A DNA stretch of 57,655 nucleotides from a virus (Duplodnaviria; Caudoviricetes), in IMG/VR virus record IMGVR_UViG_3300033144_001394, positions 1 to 57,655 of that record; one strand, given 5' to 3'. The translations under genes were made by a program, and so were the position numbers. The notes beneath the pieces were generated by a model that made no database searches, had not been told where the DNA came from, and was given only the letters and a program-made list of their open reading frames with translations. Of the stretch, positions 50,677 to 57,655 are shown piece after piece. The stretch's first letter is position 1, and each line of letters opens with the position of its first letter.

Positions 50677-50855
50677 ATGTTATCTGTTTTTAGTAGTTAA
50701 TAATTACTTACTCCTTTGGTTAAGTGTAAGTTTTTGATTATATTATTTAGTGTCAGAAACTAAATAAGATGACTTTTCGATAATATATTTATCAGTTTCT
50801 ATATGCGTTCATTATCAATAACGTAGCGTCATCTTTTTTTTATAAAGATAAAGAT
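50677..50855. promoter_or_regulatory. AT-rich divergent promoter region
   Basis: Intergenic gap between divergent genes, very AT-rich; TTATATTATTT at 50738-50748. Confidence 0.5.
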
Positions 50856-51119
50856 ATGTCAGCATCTAACATAATTAATAAACTTCTCTCAGGTCTTGGT
50901 GATATTATTCGCGAAGACAAAGACGGTAAAGTCTCTTCAAAGAAAATCTGGGGACATATAGTAATGACTCTAGTAGGTCTTACATATGTTGCTGATGGTC
51001 TTCATTGGTATGAAATGAATCTTAGTGCTTTTAACTCTATGTTAATTGCAGGGTGTACTCTTATAGGACTTAAAACCATTAAAGAAGTTTTTAAGAAATC
51101 TACTGTATTAGAGAAGTAA
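50856..51119 (+). CDS. Putative holin (2 TM)
   Basis: SSKK followed by two hydrophobic helices and a basic C-terminus. Confidence 0.65.
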   Translation: MSASNIINKLLSGLGDIIREDKDGKVSSKKIWGHIVMTLVGLTYVADGLHWYEMNLSAFNSMLIAGCTLIGLKTIKEVFKKSTVLEK

Positions 51120-51122
51120 CTC

Positions 51123-51434
51123 ATGTTTACCAAAACCAACATCATCATAGGGGCCCTTTTAATAGGAGTTCTTATCTTAGGATACATAGTCATCTATCGT
51201 AAGTCAGATACAGTTGTTGAGTTGTTTGATGATACCGAACTTCGGGATTCAATCAAGATAGCTCAGCAGAATGCAGTTTACTGGGAAGACTATGCACACG
51301 GTGTTGAACGTGAACGTGATCTGATTAAAGAACAGAAACAAAAAGTACGTTATGTCTATAAGCCTCAATACATCTATATTAACAATACTGCTAATATCGA
51401 TCAGTTGGACTCAGTCATTCGCACAAACTGGTAG
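51123..51434 (+). CDS. Putative inner-membrane spanin-like protein
   Basis: N-terminal TM (IIIGALLIGVLILGYIVIY) followed by coiled coil; follows the holin. Confidence 0.6.
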   Translation: MFTKTNIIIGALLIGVLILGYIVIYRKSDTVVELFDDTELRDSIKIAQQNAVYWEDYAHGVERERDLIKEQKQKVRYVYKPQYIYINNTANIDQLDSVIRTNW

Positions 51435-51762
51435 TGATACTACCAAGTGTTACAACAAGACAGAACTGAAGAAAATTGCTACAGGTCTGGTTCGTGCGAA
51501 TGAATGTGATAGCCTTCTCAAGCTCACTGAACTAGATGTTCAGAAAGCTGATAGTGTCATCATGGCTAAAGATTCGATCATTATACAAGGTATGATTATC
51601 ATAGGTAGCCAAGAAACAATTATTGAAGGCAAGCAGGGTGATATTGATCGGCTGGTTAAACTAGTCAACAAGAACGATCGTCAGAAGAAGTGGCTCAAAG
51701 TGGGCTGGGTTACTACAGCTCTCGCTGAGTTAGCCCTGATCTTCTATCTTATGCTAAACTAA
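51352..51762 (+). CDS. Putative spanin partner: signal peptide, coiled coil, C-terminal TM
   Basis: Overlaps the previous gene by 83 nt; signal-like ...SFA-Q; two Cys; C-terminal hydrophobic helix. Confidence 0.55.
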   Translation: MSISLNTSILTILLISISWTQSFAQTGSDTTKCYNKTELKKIATGLVRANECDSLLKLTELDVQKADSVIMAKDSIIIQGMIIIGSQETIIEGKQGDIDRLVKLVNKNDRQKKWLKVGWVTTALAELALIFYLMLN

Positions 51763-51990
51763 GGGGATTAGTTTTTTAACCCTAGAACAACTCATATGGA
51801 GTAGTGATCCATCTTCTTTTTCTACAATATAGAAGCTTTTATTTCTATAATCAGTAATTCCACTTATTGTACCACCTAATCCACTGGCAATACGTTTGTA
51901 GAAACCTACGGAAGTTTGATATTTGTCAACTATTGTGAGAATACCATCCTTTTCTGTTTGTATTTGTCTACCAATCATAATTTCTACCAA
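51754..51990 (-). CDS. Small hypothetical protein
   Basis: 78-aa ORF in the packed - strand run. Confidence 0.5.
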   Translation of the reverse strand: MVEIMIGRQIQTEKDGILTIVDKYQTSVGFYKRIASGLGGTISGITDYRNKSFYIVEKEDGSLLHMSCSRVKKLIPLV

Positions 51991-52166
51991 TTTGTTTTTT
52001 GCATTAGTTTCATCTTACATTTACCTAGATATATAAATTTAATACCATCTTCTATTACAAGGATGTCTCCAGCTATATAGGGATTATCTTCGAAATTAAT
52101 TCTGACGACCCCTCTACTAAAGTTTCTCATCCACCAGTATTTAAACTGTTCTCTCCATTTTTTCAT
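51984..52166 (-). CDS. Small hypothetical protein
   Basis: 60-aa ORF overlapping the next gene start. Confidence 0.45.
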   Translation of the reverse strand: MKKWREQFKYWWMRNFSRGVVRINFEDNPYIAGDILVIEDGIKFIYLGKCKMKLMQKTNW

Positions 52167-52199
52167 AGCTTAACTAATTTTTTGAATAGACTAATTTAG

Positions 52200-53222
52200 T
52201 TAATCAATCCAGAAAGTTCCACAATCAGCACACTTAGTGCCTGCGGGATATCCGTTTTCATAGCTAGTCTTTCGATGTCTGGTTATATCCATGTCCCCTA
52301 AAGTACACCCACCTTCTTTATGTATTGTGGCATACTTAGCTTTCTGTTTTTCGGTACTGGCTATACTACTCTTTTCTAACTTAGGAACGAGTAGCTCTTC
52401 TGTAATGCTATATGCAGTATCTTCACACCAGCTATTAGACATCCCACATACTTTGTGAGTATATGAATAACCAATGTTTGCACATATAAATACATGATCC
52501 CTCTTAAAAGGAAGTGAGATGTTTCCACCAAACCACATATGATCTCCGGATCCGTTTCCTGTATCAATGATTGCTATGTAACAACCCCTGAATGTAATTA
52601 GGTTACCTTGCATATCCAGATCATTGTGATTTACCCAGTCAGTTAGTATACCTGTGAAGTAGATTACAACTTCTCCTCCATAACTTGCTTGTGAAAGCAT
52701 CGTATGAAAATCATCATCTTGCTCATCGGTAGTAATCTTAAGCTCCTCTTTCAAATCTTTTAGTTTCTCATCTGCATTCATGGACCAGTCCCCTACTTCG
52801 ATCCCTGTGCTATAGAACATAGCCTGGTCTCCAGTGTTTCTTAACAGATCTTGTATCGGAGTAGAGGCATCACGATCGTGAATAATATCACGAAGGTGAT
52901 CTTCATGCTCATCCCACAGCTCCTGTGCCTCATCTTCTTCTATATCAAATGTATTTACCATGGACTTGATCAGTTCTGACTCAGCATGGTCGAGATCTGC
53001 CCACCAATGCTCAAATGCAGTTTCCCATAAAGTACATGATTCAGGATCCTGGATTTCCTCCTGGAGTTCCTTCAGACTATTATCAAGACTATCGCCTCTG
53101 TCTACATAATAGAGATAGTATTTGTCATCGAGAAGCGAAGATATCTGATCAATAGTTATTGTTATTTTAGTTTTCATAAGCGTTGTGTTGATTTGTATAT
53201 ATGATAGTAACAACCTCTCCAT
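52200..53222 (-). CDS. Hypothetical protein with a C-terminal CxxC motif (start may be Met16)
   Basis: YYVDRGDSL N-terminal block; GCTLGDMDITRH...KCADCGTFWID C-terminus. Confidence 0.7.
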   Translation of the reverse strand: MERLLLSYIQINTTLMKTKITITIDQISSLLDDKYYLYYVDRGDSLDNSLKELQEEIQDPESCTLWETAFEHWWADLDHAESELIKSMVNTFDIEEDEAQELWDEHEDHLRDIIHDRDASTPIQDLLRNTGDQAMFYSTGIEVGDWSMNADEKLKDLKEELKITTDEQDDDFHTMLSQASYGGEVVIYFTGILTDWVNHNDLDMQGNLITFRGCYIAIIDTGNGSGDHMWFGGNISLPFKRDHVFICANIGYSYTHKVCGMSNSWCEDTAYSITEELLVPKLEKSSIASTEKQKAKYATIHKEGGCTLGDMDITRHRKTSYENGYPAGTKCADCGTFWID

Positions 53223-53223
53223 A

Positions 53224-53550
53224 CTAGAGAATCTTGACTACCACGGTGGTGGGTTCATGGTCGAATAGTTCCGCTTGGATGTGAGACACTACGAGTGTGT
53301 TGGGCTCATAGCCGTATAGTATCTTGATACCACTTAAATCCTTTAGTGGTAGTTTTATATTCTTAACGGGGAATTCGCTTTTCACAGCACTCATTATAGC
53401 AGGGGACATCCAGATACGGATGTCCTCCTTGTCTATACCCTTTTCTGCCATGAGAGTTAGGGCTCTATTTTGTATAATAGTTAGAGCCTGATTTATGGCA
53501 AATCCCATACCCAAATGGAGGGCACTTAAGGTTGTTACGTCCTTACTCAT
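53224..53550 (-). CDS. Hypothetical protein
   Basis: 108-aa ORF coupled to the helicase stop. Confidence 0.55.
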   Translation of the reverse strand: MSKDVTTLSALHLGMGFAINQALTIIQNRALTLMAEKGIDKEDIRIWMSPAIMSAVKSEFPVKNIKLPLKDLSGIKILYGYEPNTLVVSHIQAELFDHEPTTVVVKIL

Positions 53551-55315
53551 AGTTCTTACGTAATATGTAGAGCTTATCGGTTGGACGTGTGTATGCTGTG
53601 TACTTAATCCTGTTTCTCTCTACGGTTCGTTTGTTTCTATCTACATCCTCCTCGATTAGGAGAACGTTTTTATATGTCGAGCCTTGCGACTTGTGACATG
53701 TAATGGCGTAATTATACCCCACGTTTGCAGACCACTTCTGGATGTTGTAATGTTTTACCCATAGCCTAGATTCTCTCATAGCAAGTGCTTGCTTCTTAGA
53801 TTCTGTTAGCAACTCCTGCCATCTTTCCATAGAATCCTCATGCATAATTCTGATTACGTCCTGATATACAACACCGTTCTCTGGATCTATACATTTTACT
53901 TTACATTGGTATACAGCAGCATTCATAGAGTAACCGCCTTCATGGTATTTATGTTTTACTATATTCACATCAGCGATCTCAAGTTCTTGAGATGTCGTAA
54001 ATTGTATTACCCAGGCGCTGCCAAACTTATTCCGTCCTAGTTCGAAGACAGCCTTGTTACATACTAGCTTCTCTCCAACCATCCAAGGGTCTATATCTTT
54101 TCCGTATAACATTTCACGGATCACGCCGTTCATGTAATTTACAGTAGCATTCCTCCAGGCTAAAACTTTAGCATAGTTTGCATCAGCTTTAAACTCATCT
54201 GTTACAAAGTACTCCTTAAGCATTTCACGTACGAGATGTCTAGTCTTATCTGAGTCAATATGGAATACTCCATGTCCTTCATCAGTAAGCTTAGTCTTGA
54301 TGTTGCGAATAGGTTGCGTTGTTGTCAGATTCTCCCTGAGTATGAATGAGGTTTCCACTATTGGATTACCTTTCTTCTGTCTCATGATCTCATCTAACAT
54401 CACTCGTTTAAACTTATACTCGTCGTCTTCTTTGAATGGAATACAGTCGACTCTGTTTATCGGCGGGATCTGTGCAGGATCACCCATGAATATGATGTTT
54501 ACATTCTTAGAATGTTTCATGATTTCAGTACAGAGGGTATCGTCTAACATAGATACCTCATCAACGATAAGGTACTTGTAGTTACGTAGCTCATTCTTAT
54601 CCTTCTTCTTAGCCTTGAATGTCTGATTACCACTCCCGTCTATACTCTCAGTAAGTCCTAAGAGTTTGTGAATAGTATTGTAAGATACTTTTTGACTACT
54701 GTCGAATAAATCATTGAATACACTGTTGTCAGTTGAGTTAGGAATAAACAATCCACTCTGCATAAGCACCTGGACTGCCTTATTGGTAGGAGCTGTTATA
54801 GCTATTCTACGGTGAGGAAATCGTACAGTGATGTATTCTATTATCTTATTCACTAGGAACGTCTTACCTGTCCCTGCATAGCCTTTGAGTACTAATGCAT
54901 CTTCTTCACGATCTCTAAAGAAACTAGCAATCGATATGAAAGCTGCTGTCTGTCCGTCATTAAGAGGTTCTATTAACTTTTCTTCTATCTTCAGACTAAT
55001 GAGTTCATGAGCTAAGTCAAAGTTTTCATCATCCGGAGAATCAATCATAGCCTTAAGGGTCTTCCCCTCGTCTTCACCTACGATATTTTTATCTACTAAC
55101 TCGTCGGCTCTTTGTTTCAATTTATTTTTGCTCATAATATTTTCTGTTGTTACGGATCCTATTCGTATTACGTCCTGTCGTTTTACAACATGTGTATCGA
55201 AGGCTCCACTCTGAGATATCAGTCTTATCTTTATATCAGAACTATTTACTTCAAGAACAAGACATTGACCTAATGTCTTATGAATACCTACATCGTCAGG
55301 TTCAAGCATCACCAA
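53543..55315 (-). CDS. Dda/RecD2-like SF1B DNA helicase
   Basis: GYAGTGKT, APTNKA, TIHKLL, DEVSM, GDPAQIPPI, MRQ, YAITCHKSQGST, YTAYTR. Confidence 0.92.
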   Translation of the reverse strand: MVMLEPDDVGIHKTLGQCLVLEVNSSDIKIRLISQSGAFDTHVVKRQDVIRIGSVTTENIMSKNKLKQRADELVDKNIVGEDEGKTLKAMIDSPDDENFDLAHELISLKIEEKLIEPLNDGQTAAFISIASFFRDREEDALVLKGYAGTGKTFLVNKIIEYITVRFPHRRIAITAPTNKAVQVLMQSGLFIPNSTDNSVFNDLFDSSQKVSYNTIHKLLGLTESIDGSGNQTFKAKKKDKNELRNYKYLIVDEVSMLDDTLCTEIMKHSKNVNIIFMGDPAQIPPINRVDCIPFKEDDEYKFKRVMLDEIMRQKKGNPIVETSFILRENLTTTQPIRNIKTKLTDEGHGVFHIDSDKTRHLVREMLKEYFVTDEFKADANYAKVLAWRNATVNYMNGVIREMLYGKDIDPWMVGEKLVCNKAVFELGRNKFGSAWVIQFTTSQELEIADVNIVKHKYHEGGYSMNAAVYQCKVKCIDPENGVVYQDVIRIMHEDSMERWQELLTESKKQALAMRESRLWVKHYNIQKWSANVGYNYAITCHKSQGSTYKNVLLIEEDVDRNKRTVERNRIKYTAYTRPTDKLYILRKNYE

Positions 55316-56013
55316 GTAATTTCACAATCGTGCTGTTGCTTAAGAACAACATTTACCTGGTTGAATACATTACCACTATCCCAGCTCTCCTTGTTGTTAT
55401 GAGCAGCTGATGCAGGATCTGTTGTAATAAATTTATAATTGCTTTGGGATACTGATTTAGCCCAGTCTCTTGCCTTAGCTCCCATGAACACATAGATTAA
55501 TCCCATATGTTTGAATGCTAGTTGATCAAGTACATGTGCTAAGAATGGTGCCCATAACTTGTAATGCATGCCGGGTGTACCAACATGTGTTGTGAATGCT
55601 ATATTAAGCATTAATACTCCTTGGTTACTCCACCGTTTAAGGTCTGGATCTTTTTCATATTCTGCCTTATATACGGTTTCTTCTATTTCCTTGAAGATGT
55701 ATTTAAGTGAAGGCTGTGGTTTCTTTGTATTACTGCAGGAAAATGCTATCCCATCAGCTACTCCAGCTTGGGGATACGGATCCTGTCCTAATATTATAAC
55801 CTTTAACTGGTCATAAGGGCACTCTTCAAACGCACGTAGTACCTGCTTAAGTCCTGGTGTAAATCGTTCTCCATTTTGACTCTCGTCCCATAAGGTTTTA
55901 AGAATGTCAAGAAATTCATCACCCATGATGAATGTCTTTAGTACTTCAGCCCAACCTGAAGGCTTAAGCTTTTCATACATTTGTTTTTGGTAATCTTTAA
56001 GATCTACGCTCAT
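55309..56013 (-). CDS. ung: Family 1 uracil-DNA glycosylase (His of the HP motif replaced by Asp); likely start at 56013
   Basis: KVIILGQDPY, GIAFS, PSL, W..QGVLMLN; TDPASAAH in place of HPS/HPA. Confidence 0.88.
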   Translation of the reverse strand: MSVDLKDYQKQMYEKLKPSGWAEVLKTFIMGDEFLDILKTLWDESQNGERFTPGLKQVLRAFEECPYDQLKVIILGQDPYPQAGVADGIAFSCSNTKKPQPSLKYIFKEIEETVYKAEYEKDPDLKRWSNQGVLMLNIAFTTHVGTPGMHYKLWAPFLAHVLDQLAFKHMGLIYVFMGAKARDWAKSVSQSNYKFITTDPASAAHNNKESWDSGNVFNQVNVVLKQQHDCEITW

Positions 56014-56028
56014 ATTAAATAAATTTAG

Positions 56029-56036
56029 TAAGTTTG
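56029..56036 (+). promoter_or_regulatory. Bacteroidota sigma-70 -7 element (TAnnTTTG) just upstream of ORF 56041
   Basis: TAAGTTTG 4 nt before the ATG, in the short divergent gap. Confidence 0.45.
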
Positions 56037-56040
56037 TCTC

Positions 56041-56358
56041 ATGATTAAGCATGAAGTTACTGGTGTTAGAAAAGACGCCATTATTAAAATAGAAGTAAGC
56101 GCCGGATTCTTCTTTAGAATTTCACAACTTCTCCTTGAATATGGTGCAGAACATTTTCCTGGTGCTGAATTAAAAGATGTAATGGAGTTTCTTAAAGAAG
56201 GAAATCCTCGTACTAATTATGAGTACCATCTAATAACACTGCTTTCTTTAGTACACGAGCTTGAGACTCAGGCTAAAGAACAAGATCTTATCATAACTGA
56301 AGAGGTGGAGATTGATCTTGCTGAGTCTGATTCTGATACTCCGGAAACTTCCCCCTAA
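56041..56358 (+). CDS. Hypothetical protein; lone + strand gene
   Basis: 105-aa ORF with normal composition; its 3' end overlaps the NinB-like gene by 68 nt. Confidence 0.65.
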   Translation: MIKHEVTGVRKDAIIKIEVSAGFFFRISQLLLEYGAEHFPGAELKDVMEFLKEGNPRTNYEYHLITLLSLVHELETQAKEQDLIITEEVEIDLAESDSDTPETSP

Positions 56359-56749
56359 AGTTAATTCCTACAAAGTCTCCTATCTGGATAATGGTCTGTA
56401 TGACCAGTCCGAGATCCTCCTTAGATAAATCACCAAAGGACGCGCAGTATTCTGCTCCTCTATTATTGGTCCAACACAACCCAGTCTCCCGTTTAATGTT
56501 CTTCTTCATCTCAGCAAAGGTGGCGCCGCTATCGTTGGCTAGCTCTCTGATACACGGATGTATCTTCGCCAGCTGTAGGTTGGTTCCATCGTCTTTCATT
56601 GCCTGGAAGAAGTATTCCACTTCTTGTCCTTCTGCCAGGTTCTTAATGAACTCATCATAGATAGCCTCGTGGCCTTTACTGATGTGAATCATCTTACCAT
56701 CCTCCTTCTTAAGGCGTACGGCTAGTATGTCGTGTTTATGATCTGTCAT
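56291..56749 (-). CDS. NinB/DUF1367-like recombination protein
   Basis: T..QLAKIH..IRELA...G....EMK...K; SF.DLSKE.L...I. Confidence 0.6.
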   Translation of the reverse strand: MTDHKHDILAVRLKKEDGKMIHISKGHEAIYDEFIKNLAEGQEVEYFFQAMKDDGTNLQLAKIHPCIRELANDSGATFAEMKKNIKRETGLCWTNNRGAEYCASFGDLSKEDLGLVIQTIIQIGDFVGINFRGKFPEYQNQTQQDQSPPLQL

Positions 56750-56754
56750 AATAA

Positions 56755-57655
56755 TTAGGTTGGTCCACAGCTGTCACCATAAGCGCCTGCTGGTATTGTC
56801 CAATGGTTAGTAAATATGCTAAGTTTATAAATCTTAGAGGTTGATACAAACATCCAGAACTGCGTAATAGAGGGATAAGGTTGACCTGATTTAATTAGCG
56901 TCCGTAGATCCTCTGCGCGTTTCATGGTGTATCCAAAGTCATTCTCCAGCTCAATCATTCTCTCCCCTATCTCAGGGCTGATTGAGTATGCGCTAGCGAA
57001 TTGATTCTTGTTACCAAAGATACAAAACTTACAGGACACTCTGCCCCATCCCATGTAATATGCTGGATGTACTTTGATCTTGTATTTTTTAATGATTGTC
57101 CAGACCTGTTCTTCTGTCCAGTCACGGATAGGACGCCACCTTTCTACGTGACGTGTACTACTGGCTGCTTTGTCTGGTTCTAAGATAGCAGAACCCGCTC
57201 GAGCTTTACTTTCCTCACCTCTCTCACCTGATAATGTCAGGGTTCTGATGTTGTCAAAGCGTTTCTGATTTCGCAAGGCAGTTGCTCCTACGTCGATCTT
57301 CAAGTATGAAGAACACCATCTTACTGATAAGTTTGGTGAGATCTGTGGGAACTTGCGTCTGGTAGATTTCTTACCTCGCGTTCCACCCTTGGAGTCTTTA
57401 CCTGTAGGTGTCTCCCAATGCATAGGAGCTGTCTTCTCATCTTCTCGGAGCATCTCCCGTAAGAATCCACCCTCCTTATAGGAGAAGTAGATCGGTACCT
57501 GGAATGCCTCTGCAAATTTCCTGCAGTAATCTGGTGTACATTCCCAGTCCATAAAGGTCTCGCCGTCGCCATCTATATCATGATGCCATAGTTCAATCTT
57601 CTCTCTGTCTACTCCTTCTTCTAATAGATGAAGGAAGCAGGCCATAGAATCTTTA
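56755..57655 (-). CDS. PAPS reductase / DndC-like PP-loop protein, 5'-truncated
   Basis: The window end reads KDS-MAC (tail of SGGKDS); RWCSSYLK, GERGEESKAR, HPAY..GWGRVSCKFC. Confidence 0.85.
   Translation of the reverse strand, partial: KDSMACFLHLLEEGVDREKIELWHHDIDGDGETFMDWECTPDYCRKFAEAFQVPIYFSYKEGGFLREMLREDEKTAPMHWETPTGKDSKGGTRGKKSTRRKFPQISPNLSVRWCSSYLKIDVGATALRNQKRFDNIRTLTLSGERGEESKARAGSAILEPDKAASSTRHVERWRPIRDWTEEQVWTIIKKYKIKVHPAYYMGWGRVSCKFCIFGNKNQFASAYSISPEIGERMIELENDFGYTMKRAEDLRTLIKSGQPYPSITQFWMFVSTSKIYKLSIFTNHWTIPAGAYGDSCGPT

Noticed and set aside
1-57655. tRNA genes, CRISPR arrays, inteins, DGR or invertible repeats
   Set aside because: None recognised by eye; intergenic gaps are very short, and polB and the helicase show no intein-sized inserts. 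tRNAscan-SE and Infernal would confirm.

Overview
Segment of a large dsDNA bacteriophage genome, most likely a crAss-like (Crassvirales-related) phage of Bacteroidota. The + strand from 1 to 34.7 kb carries virion or ejected cargo genes, including three giant in-frame ORFs (1910, 3584 and 2586 aa). The middle one contains a crAss-type virion RNA polymerase (GSDFDVDKL), and all three carry HExxH zincin modules. A convergent - strand block from 34.8 to 57.6 kb encodes replication, recombination and repair genes: family B DNA polymerase, PD-(D/E)XK nuclease, MoxR AAA plus VWA, RuvC, primase, SSB, AAA_24, Dda-like helicase, UDG, NinB-like and a PAPS-reductase-family protein. A small + strand holin/spanin cassette sits inside this block. 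Most interesting: (1) the giant cargo proteins appear Cys-free except for terminal cysteines facing each other across gene junctions, suggesting a head-to-tail linked ejection chain; (2) two unrelated homing endonucleases each inserted into the first codons of a gene and restored it with a recoded duplicate N-terminus; (3) about 20 [M/Y/F]xxGG motifs punctuate the first virion proteins; (4) two -1 frame breaks; (5) a UDG with His-to-Asp in its catalytic motif; (6) an ART-like domain in a cargo protein. All calls are from motif recognition by eye; no searches were run.
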